Part shown: positions 27,202-37,200 of the stretch, in pieces
How positions within the stretch are numbered: the stretch's first letter is position 1
Layout of the letters: each line of letters starts with the position of its first letter
DNA from: Longimicrobiales bacterium
GTDB taxonomy: Bacteria; Gemmatimonadota; Gemmatimonadetes; Longimicrobiales; Gaopeijiaceae
Assembly: GCA_965116905.1 (NCBI GenBank)
Contig: OZ220732.1
Coordinates: 1,152,001 to 1,216,000, forward strand
DNA: 64,000 nucleotides
Direction of reading: 5' to 3'
The notes under the pieces: model-generated
Seen by the model: the letters and a program-made list of their open reading frames with translations, nothing else
Told to the model about the DNA's origin: nothing
Databases searched by the model: none
Program-made: the position numbers and the translations under genes

Positions 27202-29697
27202 TCAGCCCTCGTTGAGGATGCTCACCGGATCCACCCGGCTGGCGCGCTTTGCGGGGACGTAGGCGGCCAGGGTCGCAACTCCGGTCAGCAGCAGAACCAC
27301 ACCCACGAGGATGAGCGGATCAAACGCCTCGACGCCGTGCACAAGGTGGCGCACGATGCGCGTCAGGACGACGGCCAGGGCGATGCCGATCGCAAGACCG
27401 GCGGCGAGCAGTGTCAAGCCTGCCTTCAGCATCATGCCGACGAGCCGGTCGGGCTCGGCGCCCACCGAGATCCGAATGCTCAGTTCCCGTTTTCGAGCCG
27501 CCACGCTGAAGGACACGATGCCGTAGAGGCCGATGGCGGCCGCCAGAAGCGCGAGCGCTCCCATGAGACTCACGGTCACCGCGGTGATCCGGCCCGGAAG
27601 CAGCCTGAACGCGAGGTGCTGTTCCATCGTCCTGGCGTTGATCGTGATGACGCCGGGATCCAGATCGGTTGCCAGTTCGAGCATGGCGGGAAGCACGGTC
27701 GCGGGATCGACCGCCGTACGCGCGACCACGCGGCCATGGGGATTGGGCATCTGGCTCACAGCCCCGTACACGAGCGGGCGGAGTTCCTCGCCCAGGCTGC
27801 GCACCTTCGTATCCCCGACGACGCCGACGACACGGACTTCGGTTCCGTCCCGGGTCGTGAACGTGCCTCCCACGGCGCTCCGTCCCGGCCAGTAGGTTGC
27901 GGCCATGGCTTCGCTGACGATCGCGACCGGCGCGGACGCCATGCCGTCGCGGTCGTCGAACAGCCGCCCGGCGACGACGGGAATGCCCACCGCATCGAAG
28001 TAGTCGCCGCCCACGCCGACCCAGTCGACCTCGTGGCCGGTTCGTCCCGGTGGCGGCTCGATTCCCGGCACGGTGAGCGTCAGGGTCGAGGTTGCGGTCC
28101 CGTCGAGGGGGACAATGGTGATGAAGCCCGCCGAAACGACTTCCGGCAGCGCGGCTACGCGTGCCAGGTACGCGTCATGGAATTCACGGCGTTCGTCGGG
28201 CGAGCGGGTGCGCCCGGGTTCCAGCCAGACGATGGCCGCCGGATGCATGCCGAAGCCCGGGTCGACGCGCTCGGCCGTGGCCAGGCTGCGTGTGAAGAGC
28301 GCCGCGGCAACGAGCAGGACGACAGCACCCGCAATCTGACTGATCGCCAGCACCGCCCGCATTCTGCCGGCACGAAACGAACCGCCGGCGTTTTCGTCCT
28401 TCGGCGTACCCGATACGTCGGTTCGCGTGGACTGCAGCGCGGGGGCGACTCCAAGCACGGCCGCCGCCGCCAGGGTCAAGGCGAGTGCAAACGCCAGTAC
28501 GGTGGCGTTGAGGCGGGCGTCCACCTCGAGTGCTACGGGCAGCGGCAGATCGATGTTCAGGAGGAAGTCAATCAGAAACAGGGAAACGAACACACCGGCC
28601 GCTCCCCCGATCACCGCGAGCATCGTAGTCTCGGTCAGAAGGCTGCGGATCAGGCGGGCCCGTCCGGCTCCGAGGGCCAGGCGCACCGCGGTCTCACGCC
28701 GCCGGCGTGCCGCCCGCGCGAGGAGAAAGCCGGAGAGGTTGACGCACGCGATGAGCAGCAGCAGGACGACGACTGCCATCACCAGGACCGCGACGGGGAC
28801 CAGGACTCCATCCACAGCGGGATGGACGGGCGATGAGAGGGTCGGCGTCATCACGATTCTGCGGTCCGCGTAGCGGTCGCTGTGGGATGTGACCAGGTCT
28901 TCGGCGAATGCGCCCAGGGCGGCCTCGGCCTCGGTGCGCGTCACGCCGTCCGCCAGGCGGGCCTTGACCATGAACGACTCCTGACCGCGCCGCGCCAGGC
29001 TGCCCGGACCGTTCAGCGAGATCTGGTCGGCCATGGAAGCGAGCGCCCAGAAGTCCGGTCGCAACCCGGGAAAGACCCCCGAGAAGTCGCGGGGCGCAAC
29101 ACCAACGATCGTGTACGCGAAGCCGTTCAGCCGCACGGTGCGGCCAACCACCCCGGGGTCGGCGTCGAAGGACCGCCGCCAGTACGCGTCGTTGAGGATC
29201 AGCACGGGATCGGTTCCGGCGACCGTGCCCTCGTCGGGTCCGAAGACCCGGCCCACCTGGGCAGGCACGCCCAGCACCTGGAAGTAGGGCCCGGCCACGA
29301 GCTCGTTGAGCAACTCGTCGCGCCCGCCGGTGTGGTCGCTGAAGCTCGCGATGTTGGGCATCGCGCCGGTCATTCCGTCGAACACGGAGCGTGTGGCGGC
29401 TTCCATGTCGCGGAACGTCGGGTACGAGAAGGAGCCGAAGGCGTCCTCGGGCGCGACGAACCGGATGTACACCAGGTCCTCCGGGTCGTCGTACGGCGGC
29501 GGACGAAGCAGGAGCGCCTCGAACACCGCAAAGAACGCCGTGTTGCCGGCCACGCCAAGGGTGATCGTGACGAGCGCCACCGCGGTGAAGCCCGGGGCGC
29601 GAATCATCCGTCGCCAGCCGAGCCTGATGTCCTGAAGCAGACCGTCCAGCCAACGGCGCAACGCACGCCATCCAGTAACCCGGATACCGCCTGCCAT
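27202..29697 (-). CDS. ADOP-type duplicated MacB/FtsX permease
   Basis: QDIRLGWRRMIRAPGF N-terminus; two periplasmic+FtsX units (RRRETAVRLALGA, RKRELSIRISVGA); PAKRASRVDP end; GGAGGGG RBS. Confidence 0.88.
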   Translation of the reverse strand: MAGGIRVTGWRALRRWLDGLLQDIRLGWRRMIRAPGFTAVALVTITLGVAGNTAFFAVFEALLLRPPPYDDPEDLVYIRFVAPEDAFGSFSYPTFRDMEAATRSVFDGMTGAMPNIASFSDHTGGRDELLNELVAGPYFQVLGVPAQVGRVFGPDEGTVAGTDPVLILNDAYWRRSFDADPGVVGRTVRLNGFAYTIVGVAPRDFSGVFPGLRPDFWALASMADQISLNGPGSLARRGQESFMVKARLADGVTRTEAEAALGAFAEDLVTSHSDRYADRRIVMTPTLSSPVHPAVDGVLVPVAVLVMAVVVLLLLIACVNLSGFLLARAARRRRETAVRLALGAGRARLIRSLLTETTMLAVIGGAAGVFVSLFLIDFLLNIDLPLPVALEVDARLNATVLAFALALTLAAAAVLGVAPALQSTRTDVSGTPKDENAGGSFRAGRMRAVLAISQIAGAVVLLVAAALFTRSLATAERVDPGFGMHPAAIVWLEPGRTRSPDERREFHDAYLARVAALPEVVSAGFITIVPLDGTATSTLTLTVPGIEPPPGRTGHEVDWVGVGGDYFDAVGIPVVAGRLFDDRDGMASAPVAIVSEAMAATYWPGRSAVGGTFTTRDGTEVRVVGVVGDTKVRSLGEELRPLVYGAVSQMPNPHGRVVARTAVDPATVLPAMLELATDLDPGVITINARTMEQHLAFRLLPGRITAVTVSLMGALALLAAAIGLYGIVSFSVAARKRELSIRISVGAEPDRLVGMMLKAGLTLLAAGLAIGIALAVVLTRIVRHLVHGVEAFDPLILVGVVLLLTGVATLAAYVPAKRASRVDPVSILNEG

Positions 29698-29808
29698 ATC
29701 CCCCCTCCGGTCATGCCCCTGTCGCCCTGTCGGCCCGCCCGTGTCCAAAATATCACGGGCCGGACGACCGGGTAACTCATCCGGGCGCGGGGATGTCTCC
29801 GGAGATGG

Positions 29809-31158
29809 CTATCGCGGCTCGAACTCCTCCTCGGAAAGACGGAAGGCCTCGATCAGCTCGGGGTCGGTCTCCGTCCCGAGGATCCTCCCGGCCAGATACT
29901 CACCGATCACCGGTCCGAACTTGAAGCCTTCGGCCGAACCGCCGCCGGCCAGCCAGACATTGTCGAAGTCGGGATGATGGTCGAAGAAGAAGTTGGATGT
30001 CCGCGAAATCTCGTAGTGGCACGACCGGGTCTCGCTCACCGGAGCATCGGCAAGTCCCGGGAACCGCTCGCGCACGAAAGCCAGCGGGCTCTCGTATTCC
30101 TCTTCGCGGAGCCAGCGGCGGCTGGTGTCGGGATCGTCCGGCCCCCTTCCGCCCCGGCGGACCCGGAATCCGCGGTTGTCGGGACCCAGGGCGGGCCAGC
30201 CGGTCACTCCGGGGAAGTTGTAGCTGGGCAGATTGGGGTAGCTGTAGCGGTTGTCCCCGGGAGGGGTGCGAATGTAGAGGACGTTCCCCATGGGGATGCG
30301 CAACCGGTTGCCCATGAGTTCCGGGAAAGCCTTCGGGAACCAGGGACCCAGTGCAAAGACGTATTGCCCTGCCGACACCGACTCGCCGGGTTGCAGGGTG
30401 AGCGCGTCCAGCCGGGATGCGGTGGCAGGCCCCGTGTCCGCTTTGGCGATCGTGATCGTCCCCCCAGCCTGCTCGAAGACCCTTGCCACCGATTCGATCG
30501 CGCGGCGCGCGCGGACGACCCCTGCGTCCGGCTCCCAGAGCGCCACCGTGATGTCCGTGAGGTCGATCACGGGCCAACGCCGGCCGACTTCGTCCGCGTC
30601 CAGGACCTCGTACCGGACACCGGCTTCGTCCCAGTTGTTCCTGGTGTCTTCCATGAACTCGGTCCACTCGTCCCTCATGATGAGGTCCGACGTGTTGAAG
30701 AAGACGCGGGGGAGGAGCAGTTCGCGCCCCTGTTCGTCCCACTCCGTCCACTTCTCGATTGCGCGTTTGGCCCACCGGGTCCACAGCAGGCCGTGACCCC
30801 GGTCGCCGTACCCGGTGCGCACGCCGCGCGTCTCGCCGCCCGAAGTAGCCCGCGAGTTGGCCGGCCCGTACTGATCGATGAGGGCCACGCGCGCGCCCGC
30901 CTGTTGCAGGTTCAGGGCGGTCCAGGCACCAAAGGCTCCGGCACCGACCACAGCGACATCCGGCGTCTGGCGGGTATGGATTGCTGGCGCCCGATCCCCG
31001 GCGCGCGGCGGCGGCGAGTCGCCCGCCCGCTCTTCGCCTCGAAGGGATCCGACCCCGGCCAGCAGCGCACCGGTCCCGGCGGTTGCGGCCTTCACAAAGG
31101 TCCGGCGATCCAGTCCCCCACGGCCCTCTCCACCCACGTTGTTCCCCCCTCCGCTCAT
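29809..31158 (-). CDS. Tat-exported FAD-dependent oxidoreductase, sarcosine oxidase/DAO family
   Basis: DRRTFVK twin-arginine motif; GAGAFG dinucleotide fold; SGGETRGVR, SCHYE, GFKFGP; start overlaps the cytochrome stop (ATGA). Confidence 0.87.
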   Translation of the reverse strand: MSGGGNNVGGEGRGGLDRRTFVKAATAGTGALLAGVGSLRGEERAGDSPPPRAGDRAPAIHTRQTPDVAVVGAGAFGAWTALNLQQAGARVALIDQYGPANSRATSGGETRGVRTGYGDRGHGLLWTRWAKRAIEKWTEWDEQGRELLLPRVFFNTSDLIMRDEWTEFMEDTRNNWDEAGVRYEVLDADEVGRRWPVIDLTDITVALWEPDAGVVRARRAIESVARVFEQAGGTITIAKADTGPATASRLDALTLQPGESVSAGQYVFALGPWFPKAFPELMGNRLRIPMGNVLYIRTPPGDNRYSYPNLPSYNFPGVTGWPALGPDNRGFRVRRGGRGPDDPDTSRRWLREEEYESPLAFVRERFPGLADAPVSETRSCHYEISRTSNFFFDHHPDFDNVWLAGGGSAEGFKFGPVIGEYLAGRILGTETDPELIEAFRLSEEEFEPR

Positions 31159-31670
31159 CCCGGTCCCGTGCCCGGGGGAGCGATCCGCACCTCGCGCATC
31201 GGCGAGTCGGCGGCCAGCTCCGACGAACCGGCGTCGTGTCCGTTCATGCTGAGTATGTAGGCGACCACGTCCAGGTAGACCTGCTCCTCCAGCCCGCCCG
31301 GGTTGTCGTCGGGCATCGTCGAGCGCACGGTCCTGAAGAGCGAATACACCGTTCGCCTTCCCCAATTGGACTGGAAGGTGCGGCCGCGGAACTCGCTCGT
31401 GGTGTGGCACTCGGAGCAGACCTCATCGAACGTTGTCCCGCCGCGGTCCGCCTGGCCGCTGCTGAAGATCCCCCCCACGGGCTCCTCAGGTGCGTCCACG
31501 GGGGTGTCTTGCTGCACGGCCGGTTCGGCCGGAACAGGTGTCGCCAGAGGGTCCTCGGGAGTGGCCGATACGGCGGGTGCCTCGCCCGGGCCACCGGAAG
31601 CGCAGCCCGCGAACGAAAGCGTCAAGGCGAGACGGAGCGCGTTCGCGCCCCGGGCTTCACTGGGTGGCAT
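31155..31670 (-). CDS. Monohaem cytochrome c lipoprotein
   Basis: Lipobox FAGC; Pro/Ala linker; CSECH; distal TMP Met; GAGGAGG RBS. Confidence 0.88.
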   Translation of the reverse strand: MPPSEARGANALRLALTLSFAGCASGGPGEAPAVSATPEDPLATPVPAEPAVQQDTPVDAPEEPVGGIFSSGQADRGGTTFDEVCSECHTTSEFRGRTFQSNWGRRTVYSLFRTVRSTMPDDNPGGLEEQVYLDVVAYILSMNGHDAGSSELAADSPMREVRIAPPGTGPG

Positions 31671-31753
31671 GGACCGGACCGCCTCCTCGGATGTAGTGTA
31701 TCACTCCGGTGCATCCCACACCGGACTCACTTCTGAATATAGGGAACCGAAAC

Positions 31754-32788
31754 ATGCACGGCCGAAGCCCCGGGAGGTACCGCCACCGTTTCACCGCCGT
31801 GACCGCGCTTGCGGCCACCATTCTCTTGACGACCGCGTGCAACAGTCGGGACAGCTTGCCGCTGGCCGTGGGCGACGTCAACAGCATCATCGTCACCGCT
31901 TCGCCCGAACTGTGGGCGGAGGTCGAGTCCGCGCTGCTTCCCACGCTGGAACGGCGCGTATTCACGGTGCGTGACGAGAAGACCTTCAAGGTTACCTACC
32001 AGTCCGCCGACGAGGACGTCTGGTACCGGCTCCGCCTGCTGAAGCAGCAGCTCGTGATCGGGACGCCGGACGATCCGTGGATCGCCCCGGGACTCGCCAG
32101 GGTGGACGTGCCGATCAGCCCGCCTCAGGTGCTCCAGGTGGCGGACGTGTGGTCCCGGGAGCAGCTGGTTACGATGGTCGTGCTGGCCGACGAAGCGAAT
32201 GCTGCCGAAACCGTACTGGGATTGCTTCCCGAGCTGGCGGAGCAATTCGACAGCCAGTACCGGGACTGGGTGCTGGCCAGGATGTTCGTCACCGGCCCCG
32301 ATACCGCGCTGGCCCGGACGCTCCGTGAGGACTACGGCTTCAGCCTGGTCGTTCCCACGGTGTATCAGTACCGGATGCTCGACGGGGTCCACATGTTCCG
32401 CAACGACAATCCGGATCCGTCGGAGTTGATCCGCCAGTTTGCGATAACGTGGACCAGTCCGGCGGCTGAGCTCGACGCCGACGCTCTTCTCGAGTGGCGG
32501 GCGCGCATCGTGGACCAGTACTACGACTACCCACAGTTCGTGAACCTGAAACGAACGATCGAGTCCGCGGGAACGTTCCGCGGCAATCCGGTCGTCGGCG
32601 TGCAGGCGGTGTGGGAGAATCCTCCGGACGAGTATCCGGCGGCGGGCCCGTTCATTACGCGCTCGGTGACGTGTACCGACCAGGATCGGACCTACCTGAT
32701 CGACGCGTGGCTGTACGCGCCCGACCGTGAGAAATACGAATACATGATCCAGCTGGAGCAGATCCTCGGGTCCTTCCAGTGCACATGA
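31754..32788 (+). CDS. DUF4837-like lipoprotein
   Basis: Lipobox TTAC; DVWSREQLV, GFSLVVP, AGPF, YAPDREKYEYMIQLEQI motifs. Confidence 0.7.
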   Translation: MHGRSPGRYRHRFTAVTALAATILLTTACNSRDSLPLAVGDVNSIIVTASPELWAEVESALLPTLERRVFTVRDEKTFKVTYQSADEDVWYRLRLLKQQLVIGTPDDPWIAPGLARVDVPISPPQVLQVADVWSREQLVTMVVLADEANAAETVLGLLPELAEQFDSQYRDWVLARMFVTGPDTALARTLREDYGFSLVVPTVYQYRMLDGVHMFRNDNPDPSELIRQFAITWTSPAAELDADALLEWRARIVDQYYDYPQFVNLKRTIESAGTFRGNPVVGVQAVWENPPDEYPAAGPFITRSVTCTDQDRTYLIDAWLYAPDREKYEYMIQLEQILGSFQCT

Positions 32789-34293
32789 ACAGCAGGAGCG
32801 TCACGGAGAACTCGATGCAACAGCCGAAACCGTCCCCGGAATCCCTTCCCACACATCGCCTCGCCATCTTTGCGGCCGCGGCTTCGTTCGCCCTGGGAGC
32901 CTGCGGCGCGCAGCCGGACGCCGCCGGTTCGGTCGGCGAATTCGGCGCCGAGGGCGTGGGCTACGGCCATCCCGACCATGCCGGCCACGTGGCGGCCATC
33001 GACGAGATCGTCATGACCCCGATCCGCGAAGGGCTCATCGCGGGCGCGTCGGTCGCGGTCGTGCACGGGGGCGAGCCCGTGGCGTTCCGCGGGTACGGCT
33101 GGGCCAACCTGCAGCTGGGCGTCCCCACACCCGAAGACGCCATCTACGAAATGGGGTCGGTCACCAAGCAGTTCACCTCGGTCGGCCTGCTCCAGGCACA
33201 GGCGGAAGGGCTCGTCGACCTGGACGCGGACATGAGCACCTACCTGCCGGACTTCCCTACCCAGGGGAACGACATCACCGTGCGGGAACTCCTCGATCAC
33301 ACGTCCGGGATTCGCGGCTACACCGAAATGGCGGCCGCACGGCCCTACTTCGTCCGGCGCGTACCCCGGGACACGCTGCTGGCCCTCATCGGCGAGCACC
33401 CGTTCGACTTCCCCACGGGGGAACACGAGATCTACAACAACTCGGCCTATTACCTGGCCGGAATGATCCTCGAGGAGGTGACCGGCACCACCTACGAGGA
33501 CTACGTCGAACAGAGGATCTTCGCCGAACTGGGCATGGACCGCTCGCACTACTGCAGCGAGACCGAGATCCAGGAAGGCAAGGTGGACGGCTACGATGTC
33601 GGTGAGAACGGCCTGGGCAACAAGGGATTCATCGTCCACAACATCCCGTTCGCGGCGGGATCGCTCTGCTCCAGCGCCCGCGACCTGGCGACGTGGCTGG
33701 CCGCTCTCCACGGCGGAGAGGTGCTCGACGACGACGCGTACGCACAGCTGACCGAGCCCGGCGACCTCAACGACGGCACCCGGACCCGCTACGCGCTCGG
33801 TCTGGCGACCAGCGACTTCCTGGGCCACCGGGCCCTGCACCACGGCGGCGGGATCAACGGCTTTCTCACCGAGTCGCTCTACCTCCTCGACGAGGACCTC
33901 GCGGTCGTGGTCCTGGTCAATACGGCCGGCCCTCCCGGTCCGACCGCGCTGGCCGAGCAGATCGTCGAGCTGATGGTCGGAGATGCGACACCGGAGCCGA
34001 TCGCCTTCGACGGTGATCTGTCCTGGTACGAGGGCACGTACTCGGGACCGGCCCGCGGCGGACGGGCCGCGCTTCGCATAGCCGTGGACGGCGATGTCCT
34101 CACCGCGACCGCCGTCATGATGGGCGATCAGGATATTCCCGAGGACAACCAGAGCGCCGATACCCTCGACTACCACGGCGGCACGACGTTCGGTGACGGG
34201 GGCGCGCGCCTGACCTTCGAAGGCGGCGAGGCCAGCGCCACGACCCTGCGCTGGGACGTCGTGTCGGGGTACACCGTGATGTCGAGGCGGTAG
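32785..34293 (+). CDS. Serine hydrolase lipoprotein, beta-lactamase/S12 fold
   Basis: SVTK, YNN, HGG motifs; LGAC lipobox; start uncertain (32785 ATGA overlap or 32815). Confidence 0.87.
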   Translation: MNSRSVTENSMQQPKPSPESLPTHRLAIFAAAASFALGACGAQPDAAGSVGEFGAEGVGYGHPDHAGHVAAIDEIVMTPIREGLIAGASVAVVHGGEPVAFRGYGWANLQLGVPTPEDAIYEMGSVTKQFTSVGLLQAQAEGLVDLDADMSTYLPDFPTQGNDITVRELLDHTSGIRGYTEMAAARPYFVRRVPRDTLLALIGEHPFDFPTGEHEIYNNSAYYLAGMILEEVTGTTYEDYVEQRIFAELGMDRSHYCSETEIQEGKVDGYDVGENGLGNKGFIVHNIPFAAGSLCSSARDLATWLAALHGGEVLDDDAYAQLTEPGDLNDGTRTRYALGLATSDFLGHRALHHGGGINGFLTESLYLLDEDLAVVVLVNTAGPPGPTALAEQIVELMVGDATPEPIAFDGDLSWYEGTYSGPARGGRAALRIAVDGDVLTATAVMMGDQDIPEDNQSADTLDYHGGTTFGDGGARLTFEGGEASATTLRWDVVSGYTVMSRR

Positions 34294-34295
34294 CG

Positions 34296-37200
34296 TTGTC
34301 CTTCGTCCACCTTCACACACATTCGGAGTACTCGCTTCTCGACGGTGCAAACCGCCTGAAGGACCTGGTCCGCAAGGCGTGCGAGTTCGAGATGCCGGGG
34401 CTGGCGCTGACCGACCACGGCTGCCTCTACGGCGCCTGGACCTTCCAGAAGCTGGCGCGCCAGGCGGGAATCAAGCCGATCATCGGCATGGAAGCCTACG
34501 TCGCGCCGGGCGATCGAAGGGAGCGAGCCCGGTCGGGCCAGGGCGGGAAGGCCCACTATCACCTGGTGTTGCTGGCTCGTGACGCGGAGGGCTACCGCAA
34601 CCTGATCAAGCTCTCGTCGATCGGGTACACCGAGGGCTTCTACTACCGTCCCCGTCTGGACCGGGAGATCCTGGCGCGCCATTCCGGCGGACTCATCGTG
34701 ACTTCGGCCTGCATGGCCGGCGAACTTGCGCGGCACCTGGATGCCGGCAACGACGATCATGCCCGCGAAGTGGTGGACTGGTACGCCAACGCCTTCCCCG
34801 ACCGCTACTACCTGGAAGTGCAGGCCCACGGAACGCCGGGCCAGGCGGCCGTCAACGAGAAGATCTTCGCCCTGGCCGACGACATGGGACTTCCCGTCGT
34901 GGCAACCAACGACGCCCACTTTCTGCAGCCGGACCATCACGCGGCCCACGACATCCTCGTGTGCATCGGGACCGCGAAGAACCACGACGACGAGGGCCGC
35001 CTGACGTACGACGACGGCCTCTACTTCAAGAACCACGAGGAGATGGCGGCGGCCTTCCCCGGCCGGCCGGACGTGATCGAGAACACCCTCCGGATCGCGG
35101 ACGAGGTCTCGCTGACGCTGGAGAAGAAGTACCACCTGCCCGGGTTCCCGCTGCCGGAGACCTTCACCGACGACAACGACTACCTCGTGCATCTGGCCGA
35201 GGCGGGTGCGAGGGAGCGGTATGCGCCGGCGTCGGGATCGGCGGCGGGAGCGGAGGCGGGAGCGGGGGCGGGCACGGAGGCGGGCACGGAGGCGGACACG
35301 GAGGCTGCATCAGCGGACGACCCGCTTCCCCGGCACGTCCGTGAACGGCTCGACTACGAACTCAAGGTCATCCTGAAGACCGGCTATGCGGGCTACTTCC
35401 TCATCACGTGGGACTTCATTCGCTGGGCGCGCGAGAACGGGATCCCGGTGGGTCCGGGAAGGGGGTCCGCGGCCGGATCGCTCGTGTCCTACGCGCTTCG
35501 GATCACCGACCTCGACCCGATCGAATACGGTCTCCTGTTCGAACGATTCCTGAATCCCGAGCGGATCTCGATGCCCGATATCGACATCGACTTCTGCTAC
35601 GAGCGCCGGGGCGAGGTGATCGAGTACGTGCGCCGCAAGTACGGGCGCGACGCCGTCGGCCAGATCATCACCTTCGGAACGATGAAGAGCCGCGCGGTGA
35701 TCCGGGACGTGGGCCGGGTCCTGGGCTTCGAGGTGGGCGAGACCGACCGAATCGCGAAGAAGATCCCGAACCAGCCGGGCCAGAGCTATACGGTGGCCCA
35801 GGCGGTCGAACAGATCCGGGACGTGAAGGCGCTCTACGAATCCGACGACCGTCACAGGAAGCTCTTCGACAACTCGATCACCCTCGAGGGGCTGGCCCGC
35901 CACGCGTCCGTGCACGCGGCCGGGGTGGTGATCGCGCCGGGTCCGCTGAGCGACTACGTGCCGATCTGCACGCAGGGCAAGGGGAGCCGGAACGGGGGCG
36001 GCGGCCGGGCACATGCCGCCGGTTCGGAGGACGGGCCCGACATCGTCACGCAGTACGACATGAACTGCCTCGAGGACGCCGGGATGCTCAAGATGGACTT
36101 CCTGGGCCTCAAGACGCTCACGGTCATCCACGACGCGGTGCAGGCGGTGAAGGATCGCCTCGGCGAATTCCGGCATCCCGACACGGGCACCCTGTACGAT
36201 TCCGACGCGATGGACGACGTGCCCCTCGACGATGTGGAAGTCTATCGCATGCTCGCCAGCGGCGGCACGTCGGGCATCTTCCAGTTCGAATCCAACCTGG
36301 CCCTCGACAAGTTGCGTGCCATGCGCTGCGACCGCTTCGACGACCTGGTGGCGACCAACGCGCTCATCCGCCCCGGGCCCCTCGACTCGGGCATGACCGA
36401 CAAGTACATCAAGCGCAAGCTCGGCCAGGAGCCGGTGAAGTACCCGGCACCCGGTCTGGAGCACATCCTGGAGCCCACCTACGGCATCATCGTGTACCAG
36501 GAGCAGGTGATGCTGATCGCCAACGACCTTGCGGGCTACTCGCTGGCGGAAGCGGACGTGCTGCGCAAGGCGATGGGGAAGAAGGACGCGGAGCTGATCC
36601 GGTCGGAACTGGACCGCTTCCAGGCCAGGCTCGCCGAAAGGGGATTGCCGCGGGGGACCGCCACCGATCTCGCGAGCCGGATCGAGACCTTCGGCCGGTA
36701 CGGCTTCAACAAGTCCCATTCCGTCGCGTACTCGCTGCTTTCGTACAAGACGGCGTGGCTGAAGCGCTACTACCCGGCCGAGTTCATGGCCGCGCTGCTT
36801 TCGTCCGTCCTGGACAAGACGGACGATGTGGTGAAGTACATCGGCGAGTGCAGGGATCTGGGCCGGTATCACCCCGCGCTCGAAGACGGACTCGTGGTCC
36901 TGGCACCCGACGTCAACGAGAGCGGCTGGAAGTTCACGGTTGTCGAGCCCGGCACGATCCGGTTCGGGCTGGGAGCGGTGCGCGGTGTCGGCGCGGCCGC
37001 CGTGCAGTCGATCCTTGCCGCGCGCTCCGAGGGGGGGGCGTTCGCCAGCCTCTTCGACTTCCTGAAACGGATCGACCTGCGGGCCGTGAACAAGCGGGCG
37101 TGCGAGGCGCTCATCGCGTCGGGGGCGCTCGACTCGTGCGGGCACCGTGCCCAGCTTCTGGCCGGTCTCGACGCGGCGTACGGCGAAGTCATGGCGCGCC

